64,000 nt of DNA from a virus. The notes beneath the pieces were generated by a model that saw only the letters and a list, made by a program, of their open reading frames with translations, did no database searches and was not told the DNA's origin. The stretch lies in the IMG/VR virus record IMGVR_UViG_3300045972_000807, positions 64,001 through 128,000 of that record. One strand, 5' to 3'. Positions within the stretch are counted from its first letter, which is position 1. Each line of letters opens with the position of its first letter. Positions 11,501-19,309 of the stretch are shown here, in pieces. Position numbers and translations under genes: made by a program.

Positions 11501-11673
11501 TCGTTACGCACGCCACCAAATGTGGTAACGAGCAAGTTATTTGAGGACGCGTCTTGCGTGAAGGGTGCTACGGCGGTCTCGCCGTTAAGCAGCAGGCTGG
11601 TATAGCCAAAGTAAGAGTCAAGGATAGCGGCTACAGCGGTAGCAGTACGAGCACGGCGGAGGTATCTAAACAT
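2506..11673 (-). CDS. Giant LamG/concanavalin A-like repeat virion adhesin (about 3055 aa, 14 LamG-like domains)
   Basis: Fourteen FTxExW-type motifs, each followed by WxHxAVxR and GYISNxRxVKG/GYIDDxRxTKG. The start is moved to MFRYLRR (11673) because it matches the paralog start, and the ORF-track extension overlaps a terminator hairpin. Confidence 0.88.
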   Translation of the reverse strand: MFRYLRRARTATAVAAILDSYFGYTSLLLNGETAVAPFTQDASSNNLLVTTFGGVRNDTFSPFDAGNYSTQFNGTTDFLTLPTTATANLGTSNFTFETWVYADSTGAGSIRQIAFLDGFNNGYVGLSVQITAADQLGITLASNLTNNITAAWTTYNQWTHIAVVRNGSVFTAYVNGVSIGTYSNASAMPAWTINNIGCYNNAYYYFKGYISNLRLVSGTALYNGTFTPSSTPLTAVSGTVILACQAPQFKDNSTNNFAVTVSGTPKVQPKVPFNYTPVAASAFFNGTTDYLTTATSAAAYAFGSGSLTIEAWVFQATGASTGTIFSSVVSSDDGLIFNLNSTGTLAASGSTTGISTSVATVPRNQWVHVAVTRNASSVWNFWINGVDAGGSTTVARNFTGINGNIGSWLTNTPFPGYISNLRVVKGTAVYTGSFTPPTAALSVISGTSLLTLQNAGAANNISFLDASLNDLAISRVGIPTQGTFSPFSQDGWSNYFPGGSSNSLSFPAANVAMGLGQFCIEAYVNPLSLASTNTIIESRAYNTTGTGTWQLAIDITTGLLNLYSLQAVSIIIAGPAIQTGVWTHVAISRDSANVIRLFVNGVLVNSVVNAFNFSSVNALFVGYNSDSSNLSFNGYISNVRVVKGDPVYTASFTPSTAPLTAIPGTALLTCQSNRYLDNSVNALTCTALGTVSVQATSPFEPVAAWSALTNGGSMYFNGTTDYLTIPDALVLQFGANNFTAECWVYPTATPASGATILCKLASASSFGQFSIYFGASSIVKTVLSSNGTSFDIASGVGTIAATINTWNHVALVRSGNVFTLWVNGAVSGTVTSALALNTSPGVPFSVGASANGTGMFNGGYISNLRIVNGTSVYTGLSTPYAQLADSSVADPYFQYNSLLLHGEGSNGAQNNTILDSSSNALTIARTGTPTQGTFSPFGNSGWSNYFTGVTGTQISVADTGGVFDFGDDTTGNCVPCTIEGWFNISTYATRQAIVNHYTSAGSGWNVSVMTSGFLNVGFQGNSGNILGTTTVTLNTWHHFAISGSDYNYRVYLDGVLQGVQTAYSDFGVGTVLVIGQLASASPMSGYVSNLRMIRGTALYTKNFAVPTAPLTAVAGTVLLTCNSNSFKDNSTYNLAVTPAGGSQCVPVCPLTVSSSYSASVNGGSLYFPGSEAVSAAPSSLLNITGDFTIECWIYPQYASYPAYAGITGASSSGGSNWDLFLWNGSLRLEVAGTTAVNIYNTGVVLAPNSWHHVAATRNGNVFTLWLNGVQNATVTTSTTVGTQAFSTFVGHTGDTTNVQRFVGYISNFRFVKGTALYNSAFSVPTAPLTAVSGTAMLLNGTNSAVLDSTGKNLVTTLGTAQTSTAAVKYGSSSLAFSGAVGTYATIPSSLGYAMGTGDYTVECWIYPTAFPATWRIITRGDGNGSLIGDATGQLLYYYSGSSYIAIPAAGGVAVNTWSHVAVSRTSGVTRIFHNGVAKASVTESTAMGATDLTLGSYSGGSQNYAGYIDDFRITKGVSRYTNSFQVPSSPVAAISSTSLLLLGTNLGAQDATGKNDGISMGGTTSTAQKKFGSRSLYFGGSSSDAILYPANPTMAFGTGDFTVETWMYPQSVTNNGIIQISPTRYPANNTGLDLALVTGKVQVAVAGSVYTSVATITVGSWYHVAVQRKSGVTKLFINGVMDTGIGMLADVTNYTGQFCVVGGYYSSGYAFVGYLDDVRVTQGYARYGLAGFTLPTTALPDSSATDPYFNQVSLLLHADGTSYSAPAANNNVIVDSSYNALTVTRTGSPTQGTFSPFGNNGWSGLFNGSTDYLTTASSTGFAFSSNFTMEAWVFPTASGTSRIFSFPSNTDEFLLLPANTVNYWDGTTNFTTSLTVALNSWSHVAVCKVGTAVTVYVNGVAGATGTSTYSTTASRALVIGRFGSSSTNFFSGYISNARIVNGTAVYTTAFTPTTAPLTAVAGGTSLLTLQSNRFKDNSGNNLALTVAGTPSVQANSPLAVSAYDPAVNGGSMCFPATTDSVSITTGLDNFAFGTGNFTIEAWVYQTSASLNVVMPSAGTNTWGFLTYLNGFYWQEGGANIYSAGSVPSNQWVHLAVSRSNGVLYRFINGVLIDFNNNTYNHTALTNRIVGSSGTGYVSNVRVIKGTALYTAAFTPPTAPLAVTGNTAWLLNGVGAGIVDGTGKNDVITVSGAAIQSSVVKYGTGAISFNGTNDFLRLQTGQPHLSVGTLDFTIEAWVYPTKQSGTQAIYGSQADGTTAAGSSFCCYISATTATCDVYIGATPYVATSPNPPANQWSHVAYVRSGNTWKTYLNGSLVGSTGLPASASINAGATTYAPAIGAINAGGNLFQGYISDFRFTKGVARYTGAFTPPAAALPNASDADSYFNQVSVLLNTNVQNVTRTVAKNNVFVDSSANNFAITSGGAPSQGAFSPFSNNGWSTNFNSSQYVTTPANTAYDIVGGDFTVECWINFTAYNAMGSTANQLVGTFTGGGGWLISINGVNTVSGIAFTSYTAGTGTTVTVSGISPTQMPLGVWHHVAVVKSGASLYFYLNGINYGGAQTAVSAAAGNALAVGVYQQNLSYAGNPNWNLSNMRIVKGTAVYTTNFSVPTAKLTAISGTSFLAFQDSRIKDNSTIAALFTVSGAPSVQAKSTFAVNSVYSADTHGASLYFNGTTDYITSAASSAYAFGTGDFTIEGWVYMTSFNSTANGVFQQGTSNFPSSTVNSVAFGTTGSTAWQIYSNNGNYTTTGIAAVTPVLNQWIHFAVVKASSVIKLYINGILGLSTPDGTNYTGTFFGVGSIYGTPSTDTFPGYISNLRVIKGTAVYTSAFTPPTAQLTAVTNTQLLLLGKTSGVSDTAGNNDVVLYGNAQVSSFSKVGSGSIALNGSTDYAVLPPQQTLQLGAGDFTIEFWMYLNALPSAYTRVFSISNTSVAGQGDEGLVIEIASNNVMTSTFISGTTSYGSVTDPVAITAGAWIHWAYTRNGTTSRLFRNGVLVATGNAGTAYVNWAATWKGYIGAWLGTSRFVNGYIDDLRITKGVCRYTGNFAVPTAAFPTN

Positions 11674-11713
11674 GATGGGGTTCTCTTGTGTTGTTAAATA
11701 TGAGACATGAAAC

Positions 11714-11761
11714 AAAAACGGCGATGGGCCGTACCCTGGGAAGGGCAAAGCACACCGCCGT
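11714..11761 (-). terminator. Rho-independent terminator-like hairpin after the collagen fibre gene
   Basis: Minus strand: ACGGCGGTG...CATCGCCGT followed by TTTTGTTTC. Confidence 0.55.
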
Positions 11762-11770
11762 CTATAGTCC

Positions 11771-12814
11771 TTAGTTCAGGACAGCCAGGATCGTGAAGTC
11801 AACATCAGCCAAGGTAGCGTCAGGCGTAGCGGGAGCCACGATAGACAGCTTATCGCCAACGCTAAACACAATAGCCGCTTGCGTGGACAATGCACCAGTA
11901 GCACCAGCGGCAGCAAACGTAAACGTCGCAACCGTAGAGCCATTCTTTTGCAGGTTCCACACAGCACTGGCGGTTGCAGCAGTCTTTGCAGCCACAATAG
12001 AACCTGCGAGGTTTGCAGGGATTGTGAAGGCCCGGCCAGCTGTAAAGCGCAAATCCACTTGAGACGCTGCAGGCACGCCGAAGCATGAGCCTGTAATGTC
12101 GTTAGGCAGACCAGTCCAGGTTGTAACCGAAGCTGTAGACGTTACCGAAGAGCCGTCAGCGCCAGTAGCACCGGTTGCTCCTGTAGCGCCAGTAGCACCA
12201 TTGGTCCCATTGGTACCGTTGGTTCCCGTAGCGCCGGTGGGTCCAGTTGCGCCGTTGGTTCCATTAGTACCGTTAGTACCGTTAGCTCCTGTAGGTCCGG
12301 TCGGGCCAGCTACGGTTGACGCTGCGCCTGTAGCACCAGTGGGGCCTGTTGGGCCAACAGCAGTAGAGGCGGCACCGGTTGCGCCTGTGGCACCAGTAGC
12401 TCCTGTGGCACCGGTTGAGCCTGTGGCACCCGCCGCGCCGTTAGTACCTGCAGTACCGTTGGTACCTTGGGGACCAATGGGGCCTGCTGCGCCGTCGAAG
12501 CCTTGCAGGCCACGAGCACCTGTAGGACCTGCGGCGCCGTCGGCTCCTGCGGGGCCAGTTGGGCCTGTGGCTCCGTCAGCACCTTGGGGGCCTGTAGGGC
12601 CTTGAGGACCCTGAATACCGGGAACGCCTTGTGCGCCCGCCGCGCCTGTGGGACCAGTGCTCGACTTGGCTGCAACGTCTTGCTGCAAACCATAGATGAT
12701 ACTGTCCAGCTGGAACAATGCAGCTTGTGCTGCATCTATGTCACCCAGCCGAGTGTCATAGACTGTACCCCCTGGTAGAGGAAGGTGCAGGTTCGGGGTT
12801 GAACCTATGCTCAT
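11771..12814 (-). CDS. Collagen-like (Gly-X-Y) fibre, 347 aa, with C-terminal globular tip domain
   Basis: AGGAG RBS precedes [16 protein letters not shown] (a phage-fibre TPNLxLP N-terminus). About 55 GXY triplets, then a beta-rich C-terminal domain (...[23 protein letters not shown]). Confidence 0.85.
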   Translation of the reverse strand: MSIGSTPNLHLPLPGGTVYDTRLGDIDAAQAALFQLDSIIYGLQQDVAAKSSTGPTGAAGAQGVPGIQGPQGPTGPQGADGATGPTGPAGADGAAGPTGARGLQGFDGAAGPIGPQGTNGTAGTNGAAGATGSTGATGATGATGATGAASTAVGPTGPTGATGAASTVAGPTGPTGANGTNGTNGTNGATGPTGATGTNGTNGTNGATGATGATGATGADGSSVTSTASVTTWTGLPNDITGSCFGVPAASQVDLRFTAGRAFTIPANLAGSIVAAKTAATASAVWNLQKNGSTVATFTFAAAGATGALSTQAAIVFSVGDKLSIVAPATPDATLADVDFTILAVLN

Positions 12815-12992
12815 AAATACTCCTAGTAGGAATGTGGATTTCGTTTCCGGCGCATGAGGATCAATTGCCGGGGGTAGGGGATCTGTGGTAACCGTTGGAG
12901 AGCTAACTATTTCTATACCCACATAATTTAGCGTGCTCGCAGTTACCTCGAAGCTTTTAACTTTAACCATAATTATGTGGCCCAGAAACAGG

Positions 12993-13026
12993 AAAGGCGC
13001 TGGTTGTTTTAGCAACCAGCGCCTTT
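12993..13026. terminator. Strong bidirectional-type terminator hairpin
   Basis: Perfect 14-bp stem AAAGGCGCTGGTTG-ttttag-CAACCAGCGCCTTT. Confidence 0.75.
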
Positions 13027-13056
13027 GTGCGTCACTTCACTACTGTCCCTCAGCCT

Positions 13057-13128
13057 TTAGGGCCAAGTTTGAGTAGGGCTAGCCCAGGTTTCGGTTGTGG
13101 AACCCCAGTTAGCTTGGATCGAAGCCAT
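13057..13128 (-). CDS. Candidate 23-aa micro-protein MASIQANWGSTTETWASPTQTWP
   Basis: ATG 10 nt after the upstream stop, preceded by AGGGAC. It fills the gap before the terminator. Trp at positions 8, 15 and 22. Confidence 0.55.
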   Translation of the reverse strand: MASIQANWGSTTETWASPTQTWP

Positions 13129-13138
13129 TGTCCCTACG

Positions 13139-15160
13139 TTAACGAAAATAGCTCACCAAGATCACATCGCCGACGAGCGGCGCTGTGTTCAAGGTGACTC
13201 CTGTTCCAGAAATTGTGTAGTCGTTGTCGCTGCCCATGTTTTGCAACACGCCGTTGACGTACAGTTGTTCTGTACCAGCGTGAGGTGTATTGGCCAGGAC
13301 GAACACAGCGTTGGTGCCATTGACGGTACCTGCTGGGATTTCGCGGACAACAACCTTGTCGTAGGTCAGATCGTTGGGCTGATCTTGTTCCAGCACATAC
13401 ACACGAGCAGCCAAGGCGGCTTCTGCGGCAGTAGCGCGGGCCAGTTCAGCACCTTCAGCAGCTGTAGCACGAGTCACTTCGGCGGCTACTGCATTGGTGT
13501 TCACCAATTCAGCGGCTGTGGCGCGCGAGGCTTCTGCGGCGATGGCTGTAGTCAGAGCGGACTCGGCAGCGGTAGCGCGAGCAGCTTCGTTCGACACCGA
13601 GGTGATGATCGGGCTGGTAGCTGAGGAGATAGCTGTGTCGCGGGCGGCGGCTTCGGCAGCAATCGCAGCTGTGTAGGCTGTGGTGATTGCAGCGTCGGCT
13701 GACGTACGGGCAGAAGCTTCAGCAGTAACGGCAGTGTTCCACAGTGCGTTGTCTGCGGCGATGGCCGTAGTGTAGGCAGTGGTGATCGAACCTTCGGCAG
13801 CGGTTGCACGGGTTGTTTCAGCACCAATGCTGGTACCCAGGGCAGCTTCAGCGGCCAGTGCGCGAGCCAGTTCAGTTGCATCGGCAGCAGCGAAGGCTGT
13901 GGAGATGGAACCTTCAGCGGCTGTAGCACGAGTCACTTCAGCAGCAACGGCTGTAGTCAGTGTGCCTTCGGCGGCAGTAGCACGTGAGGCTTCAGCTGCA
14001 ACAGCCGCGGTGAACGCGGTAGTAACAGCGGCGTCGCCAGCGATGCGTGCTGTAGCTTCGGAGTCGATGTTGCCTTGCAACACGCCTTCGGCGGCAGTTG
14101 CACGAGTCACTTCACCGGCCAGGTTGGTGGTCAGTGTGCCTTCAGCAGCAGTTGCACGGGTAACTTCAGCGGAAACAGCCGAGGTCAGAACGCCTTCAGC
14201 AGCAGTAGCGCGGGATGCTTCAGCAGCAACAGCGGCAATGCGGGCATTGGCTTCGGACGTGTCAGCGTTGGTGCGGGCCAGAACTTCGGCAGCCAGTGCA
14301 TCGGCAGCAGCTGTAACAGCAGCAGCTTCGGCAGCGGTAGCGCGAGTTGTTTCAGCGTCGGTGTAGGCAGCGGCAGCAGCAGCGATGGCCGTTTCAGCAG
14401 CAGTAGCACGTGTGACTTCAGTTGCCAGGTTTGCAGCAGTAGCCGAGGTACCAGCGAGTGCGGTGATGTTGGCTTGCAGCGTAGCTTCAGCAGCTGTAGC
14501 ACGAGTCACTTCGGCGCTGTCAGCGGACTGATAGGCAGAGGTGATGGCGCTTTCAGCGGCTTGGGCACGTGTGGACTCGGTCGTGATGGCCGTGGCGTTG
14601 TTGCCGTTGGCGGTGGACAGCGCAGCTTCAGCGGCCGTAGCGCGTGTAACTTCAGCAGCGATGCTGGTGTTCAGAGCGGATTCGGCAGCAGTTGCACGGG
14701 TGATTTCAGAGGCCAGGGCATCGGCAGATGAAGTGCTTGCAACGATCGCGGAGATCTGTGATTGCAAACCGGCTTCAGCTGTAGACGCACGCGATGCTTC
14801 AGCGGCCAGTGCTGTGTCCAGGGCCACGTCTGCTGTGAACAGAGAAGTAGCTGCGCCCAGGTAGTTGCTGTTGGTGGGGGCAACGTAAGCACCACCGGTG
14901 GTCAGGCCAGCGCCGGTCAGGGTGCCAGTGATCAGGCTTTGGATGGCAGTTGTAATGCTGCTGTCCGATGCTTCCCAAGCTTGGGTAGCGGCGTTGATGG
15001 AAGCTACGGTAGCCTCATCAGTTGCCAAGGTCGTGAAGATGTTCGCAATGTTGGTGCTGAGACCAGACAGGTATGCCTGGAACGCTGCATCAATTGCGGA
15101 CTGTGGAACGGAAGCAGTGCGTATCTGCGAGCCATTGATTGTGGTAGGGGTAGCTGCCAT
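13139..15160 (-). CDS. Long Ala-rich coiled-coil fibre (AEVTRATAAE repeats) with small C-terminal beta domain (domain W)
   Basis: More than 20 copies of AE(V/A)(T/S)RATAAE. The C-terminus is VREIPAGTVNGTNAVFVLANTP...YVNG...DYTISG...GDVILVSY. GGAGA RBS. Confidence 0.85.
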   Translation of the reverse strand: MAATPTTINGSQIRTASVPQSAIDAAFQAYLSGLSTNIANIFTTLATDEATVASINAATQAWEASDSSITTAIQSLITGTLTGAGLTTGGAYVAPTNSNYLGAATSLFTADVALDTALAAEASRASTAEAGLQSQISAIVASTSSADALASEITRATAAESALNTSIAAEVTRATAAEAALSTANGNNATAITTESTRAQAAESAITSAYQSADSAEVTRATAAEATLQANITALAGTSATAANLATEVTRATAAETAIAAAAAAYTDAETTRATAAEAAAVTAAADALAAEVLARTNADTSEANARIAAVAAEASRATAAEGVLTSAVSAEVTRATAAEGTLTTNLAGEVTRATAAEGVLQGNIDSEATARIAGDAAVTTAFTAAVAAEASRATAAEGTLTTAVAAEVTRATAAEGSISTAFAAADATELARALAAEAALGTSIGAETTRATAAEGSITTAYTTAIAADNALWNTAVTAEASARTSADAAITTAYTAAIAAEAAARDTAISSATSPIITSVSNEAARATAAESALTTAIAAEASRATAAELVNTNAVAAEVTRATAAEGAELARATAAEAALAARVYVLEQDQPNDLTYDKVVVREIPAGTVNGTNAVFVLANTPHAGTEQLYVNGVLQNMGSDNDYTISGTGVTLNTAPLVGDVILVSYFR

Positions 15161-15228
15161 GATGGATATTTCTCCGGGGGTTGAATTAAACTAACACACT
15201 AACAAAAAGAGTATCTTTGCAAAGACGT

Positions 15229-15918
15229 TCAATACGTGTACTCCACTATAACATTGTCAAAGGAATCCGGGTTAAAGTAATTATTTTGCCAGCCGATTGT
15301 TGCCCCAGCTATGAGGAAGTCTCCGCCGTAAGTGTACCGTATACCGTTTATCCAGATGACCACGCTAGGTGGGTCCAATGGGGTGTGAAGCAATTGCTTA
15401 TTACTAAGCCCTGTTTCACTTATTGCTATAAGCTCCTGAGTTTTAGTTCCGGTGGCTGGCGTTATTGTGCCAGCCACCGCATCCAAAATGTTACGCTCAT
15501 CAACAGCAAAGGCCTCAGCCGTATTGCCTGTGACAAGCTCGGTGTACACTGCGTCTGAGGGCAGCATACCTAGTTTGAGGTTTGGGGTTACCTGAGCCAA
15601 TAGACAAGCTGTTGAGTTGGTTACCGCGTCAACCTCGTCACCTGGTTCGTCCCATAAAATTGTACCACTTAAGGTACTCTGGTCTATGGGGGTAGCAGCC
15701 GTTAAGACGTATCTATGGAAGATACCTGGTATCTGCATGAACGTATTAACGTCGCTTGCAGGTATGTAAAGAACAAACCCAGGTGTAACGTCGTAGGCAC
15801 CGTTACCGGTAGCATCAGCTTGGTTAGAGAACTGGGCTGATTCAAATGTGTATTCTCCAGCGTTTCCAGTAGGCGTAAAGGCGCTGACTGTTAAAGCTGC
15901 ATTTATTGGACGCGCCAT
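15229..15918 (-). CDS. Fibre adaptor protein (N-terminal domain Y plus C-terminal domain W)
   Basis: The N-terminal ~150 aa are paralogous to 19310-20152 (RPINA, TGNAGEY, NQADATGNGA, LWDEP). The C-terminal LLHTP...WING...DFLIAG...DNVIVEY resembles the tip of 13139-15160. Confidence 0.75.
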   Translation of the reverse strand: MARPINAALTVSAFTPTGNAGEYTFESAQFSNQADATGNGAYDVTPGFVLYIPASDVNTFMQIPGIFHRYVLTAATPIDQSTLSGTILWDEPGDEVDAVTNSTACLLAQVTPNLKLGMLPSDAVYTELVTGNTAEAFAVDERNILDAVAGTITPATGTKTQELIAISETGLSNKQLLHTPLDPPSVVIWINGIRYTYGGDFLIAGATIGWQNNYFNPDSFDNVIVEYTY

Positions 15919-15930
15919 TACATTCAACCT

Positions 15931-17022
15931 TTAGAAGGACATTAGGAATACGATACCTGTCGTGCTTGCGGGCAAGGCGCCATACTGGAACATATTCCAG
16001 CTTGTACCACTTACCACAGCTATCGTGTTGCCCACAGCGCTAAGGCTAACACCATCTTGGCGAACCTGTTGGACTGGAACTATAGCGTTGTCAAAGCTAC
16101 TCCATGCGCCAGTGGGCTGGACTGGTATTGTCAAATTGTACGAGGTACCTGTGCGAGTGCCAGTTGCCAAGTGAATACGCATACCCAGCAACGTTATGTT
16201 GCTAACACCAGCAGGTGCGGTTAAGATACCTGCATTGATGTTGTTAACACCAGAGGCATTATGGGCAAAGGTGTAGCCCATAGAGTACGCTGCAGCTGTA
16301 CCCGAAGAACCACCAGTACCGCTGGAAGTAATTGTGAAAGTATTGGTAGTTACCGCGGTGATTAGACCGTTCTGAAACTCCACGTTAGCGTTGTGGACGA
16401 TAACCATCTCGCCGACAGAGTGACCGTGACCGTTGTCAGTGATAACCAGGTTTGTGCTGGTTTGTGCCCACGAAAGGCCGGTGGTAACGGGGGCGCTAGT
16501 GGCAACCCACACGGATTGACCTGTTGTGGTGTTGACTGGATAGCGGCAGGTTGTATCGTAAACCTTAGATACGCCACCGCCAGTGCCGCCAGATGCGCTA
16601 ATAGTGCCGTCACCTGCGATAGTAACGCCGGTACCCTGCTTTACGCCGCCCAGTACAGATGAGCTTGCAACAGGCAAGGTGTACGCTGAGGGGATAGAGG
16701 GTGTACCTGACAGATCGCTATAGGCGCCGGATAAGGCAACCGCAGCCAGGCTGGAGGTATTGGCTTTACCAGAAATTGCCGTAGCAACCTGCGCGGCTGT
16801 CTGGTAGCCAGCGTCATTGGTAAAGCCTGAGATAACAGTCGGTACTACGACCGCTGTAGTTTGAACGGAGTTGTCAGAAAACTTAACGCCTGAAGAGCCA
16901 GCAATTAGCTGTGCAGCTTTGAACGAGCCGGGCGTTGACAGCGCATTGGCACCTTCGCGCAATAGCTCTGTGTCAGTGCCAAAGTGTATGTGATTTCTCG
17001 CGTTGTCAATTATTATGGACAT
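15931..17022 (-). CDS. Short tail-fibre-like protein (363 aa) with FTNDAGY repeat and C-terminal domain X
   Basis: Start MSIIIDNARN lies downstream of a hairpin. Fibre repeats SGFTNDAGY and ALSGAYSDL. The C-terminal ~200 aa are highly similar to the tip of 20171-23911. Confidence 0.8.
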   Translation of the reverse strand: MSIIIDNARNHIHFGTDTELLREGANALSTPGSFKAAQLIAGSSGVKFSDNSVQTTAVVVPTVISGFTNDAGYQTAAQVATAISGKANTSSLAAVALSGAYSDLSGTPSIPSAYTLPVASSSVLGGVKQGTGVTIAGDGTISASGGTGGGVSKVYDTTCRYPVNTTTGQSVWVATSAPVTTGLSWAQTSTNLVITDNGHGHSVGEMVIVHNANVEFQNGLITAVTTNTFTITSSGTGGSSGTAAAYSMGYTFAHNASGVNNINAGILTAPAGVSNITLLGMRIHLATGTRTGTSYNLTIPVQPTGAWSSFDNAIVPVQQVRQDGVSLSAVGNTIAVVSGTSWNMFQYGALPASTTGIVFLMSF

Positions 17023-17053
17023 TGCTTGGTCGCCCTTCAAATCTTTAATAGAA

Positions 17054-17082
17054 GGGCCGGTGAATAAAATAAACACCGGCCC
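17054..17082 (-). terminator. Hairpin after the 727-aa fibre gene
   Basis: GGGCCGGTG...CACCGGCCC 9-bp stem with an AT-rich loop. Confidence 0.55.
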
Positions 17083-17104
17083 CGACGTAACCCACTAGCG
17101 TTGA

Positions 17105-19288
17105 TTAGACGATAGTGGTAGTTTTGATGCCAACAACCCAGGTGATCGAAGTTGCAGCAGCGCCTTGCACAGTGATGGCCAGACCGCTACCATCGGTAGA
17201 CGCATTTGCATCCCACGAGGTGTCTTCCAGGGCGATGATGTCTTTCAACACACTGCCGCCGACGATGCTGATAGTGCCTGCAACGTTCTTGATAGCGCCT
17301 TCGAGTGTGAAAGCACCAACCAATGCGCCGCCAGCTGTCTTGCCAACTACGTCAGCAGTGAACTGCACCACGGCGCCTGAGGCCACGGCCACGGTCAGAG
17401 CAGAAGTTGCAGTAGCGTCGGTTGTAGGCACTGTAGCCACGGCAGTACGAGTACCAGAGCCGCCGGCCAGCAGAGTTGCACCAGTCACGCTCAGGACACC
17501 AGCACCGTCAACAGCCAGACCAGAACCTACCTTCACACCGCCCAGCACCGAGGCAGTAGCCACGGGCACAGCAGTCAGGTAACCTGCGTCGTTGGTGAAC
17601 GCTGACACCACGGTAGGTACGGTCGGAATGGTGGGAGCACCAGACAGATCAGCGTATGCACCAGTGGTTGCCACAGTAGCCAGTGAGGCTGTAGTAGCGT
17701 AGGCGGCCAGGGCGGAGGTCAGGACGTAGCTGGACAGCGAAGCGGTCGTGGCGTACGAAGACAGAGCCGAGGTCAGAGCGTAGGGAGCCAGTGCGGTAGC
17801 AACGTTGCCAGCAGTTTGATAACCAGCGTCGTTGGTGAACGAAGACACGGTTGTGGGGACTGTCGGGATCGTTGGGGTACCGGTCAGGTCAGCGTATGAG
17901 CCTGACAGAGCAACAGCAGCCAAGCTGGAAGTGTCAGCCTTGCCAGCGATTGCGGTAGACACATTGGCAGCGGTCTGGTAGCCAGCGTCGTTGGTGAACA
18001 CGGACACCAGAGTCGGGATCGTCGGGATCGTCGGTGCGCCAATCAAAGCACTGTAAGCGCCGGAGAACGCAACAGCAGCCAGGTCAGCAGTGTTTGCCTT
18101 GAAGGCAACAGCAGTGGTCAGCGCAGCAGCTGCAGACTCGTCAGCAGCCAGGGCCGTTGCGATTTCAGCCAGTGTATCCAGTGCCGTAGGAGCAGCGCCT
18201 ACAACAGCAGCGATTGCGGCGGTGACTTGAGCAGCAGTCTGGTAGGTGGAGTCATTGGTGAACGCGCTAACGTTGGTAGGCACGGTCGGGATTGTGGGCT
18301 TGTTAATCAGGTCAGAGTACGAACCTGAAGTAGCCACGGTAGCCAGGGCGGTAGCGTCCACCTTGCCAGCGATTGCTGTAGCAACGTTTGCTGCGGTTTG
18401 GTAACCGGAGTCATTGGTGAAAGCAGAAACCACGGTAGGAACCGTGGGGATTGTGGGCAGGCCCAACAGGTCGGAGTACTGGCCAGATGTAGCCACTGTA
18501 GCCAGTGACGACGTTGTAGCGTAAGCGCCCAGGGACACCACAGTAGCGTAGGCGGCCAACGAAGCGTTGGTAGCGTATGCCGACAGGGAAGACGTTGTGG
18601 CGTAAGCCGACAGGGAAGCGATCGTTGCGTAGTCACCCAGAGCAGTAACCACTTGAGCGCTGGTCTGATAGCCGGCGTCGTTGGTGAATGCGCTCACCAC
18701 TGTAGGTACGGTCGGGATCGAAGGCTTGTTGCTCAGGTCGGTGTAGGAACCTGTAGTTGCCACTGTAGCCAATGCCGAGCTGAGAGCGTATCCAGCGTCA
18801 TTGGTGAAAGCAGAAACCACGGTAGGAACCGTGGGGATCGAAGGCTTGCCGGTCAGGTCAGAGTACACGCCGGAGAACGCAACAGGTGCCAGAGCAGAGG
18901 CGTCAACCTTGCCAGCAACAGACGTTGTCAGCGCAGCAGCAGCGGATTCATCGGCAGCCAGGGCAGCAGCGATTTCAGCCAGAGTGTCCAGTGCTGTAGG
19001 AGCAGCGCCTACAACAGCAGCAATCGCTGCGTCCACAGTGCTTGTCACATTGGCAGCAGTTTGGTAGCCAACGTCATTGGCGAAGTCACTGACCTTGGTC
19101 GGCACAGTAACGACGGTGGGAGTAACGAGATCCAAGCCACCCGAAGATGTATTGAACGCGAGCACTTGGCCGTTTTGCGCGGACGTGGTGTCCGGAAAAA
19201 CGATAGTACCAACGCCAGATGCGGGGCCACGCAGTACCAAGCCACCGGCTGTGCCAGCATTGTCAAGAACGATACCTTTGATTGTCAT
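17105..19288 (-). CDS. Repetitive tail-fibre shaft protein (727 aa) with C-terminal domain Z
   Basis: Multiple PTIPTVPTVVSAFTNDAGY and LATVATSGSYSDL repeats, two APTALDTLAEIA motifs and LSAYATTAS 9-mers. The C-terminal domain is shared with 19310-20152. Confidence 0.85.
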   Translation of the reverse strand: MTIKGIVLDNAGTAGGLVLRGPASGVGTIVFPDTTSAQNGQVLAFNTSSGGLDLVTPTVVTVPTKVSDFANDVGYQTAANVTSTVDAAIAAVVGAAPTALDTLAEIAAALAADESAAAALTTSVAGKVDASALAPVAFSGVYSDLTGKPSIPTVPTVVSAFTNDAGYALSSALATVATTGSYTDLSNKPSIPTVPTVVSAFTNDAGYQTSAQVVTALGDYATIASLSAYATTSSLSAYATNASLAAYATVVSLGAYATTSSLATVATSGQYSDLLGLPTIPTVPTVVSAFTNDSGYQTAANVATAIAGKVDATALATVATSGSYSDLINKPTIPTVPTNVSAFTNDSTYQTAAQVTAAIAAVVGAAPTALDTLAEIATALAADESAAAALTTAVAFKANTADLAAVAFSGAYSALIGAPTIPTIPTLVSVFTNDAGYQTAANVSTAIAGKADTSSLAAVALSGSYADLTGTPTIPTVPTTVSSFTNDAGYQTAGNVATALAPYALTSALSSYATTASLSSYVLTSALAAYATTASLATVATTGAYADLSGAPTIPTVPTVVSAFTNDAGYLTAVPVATASVLGGVKVGSGLAVDGAGVLSVTGATLLAGGSGTRTAVATVPTTDATATSALTVAVASGAVVQFTADVVGKTAGGALVGAFTLEGAIKNVAGTISIVGGSVLKDIIALEDTSWDANASTDGSGLAITVQGAAATSITWVVGIKTTTIV

Positions 19289-19309
19289 ATAGACTCCGAG
19301 TTAAGGCAG

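Noticed and set aside
11674-11748. ORF-track N-terminal extensions (also 12815-13015, 17023-17076, 43939-44139, 53416-53634, 54813-54896)
   Set aside because: They run through terminators, RBS sequences or upstream genes. Paralog alignment and SD position support the downstream ATGs.
13027-13138. tRNA or structured ncRNA in this gap
   Set aside because: There is no cloverleaf or T-loop/CCA pattern, and a short ORF with an SD explains the gap better.
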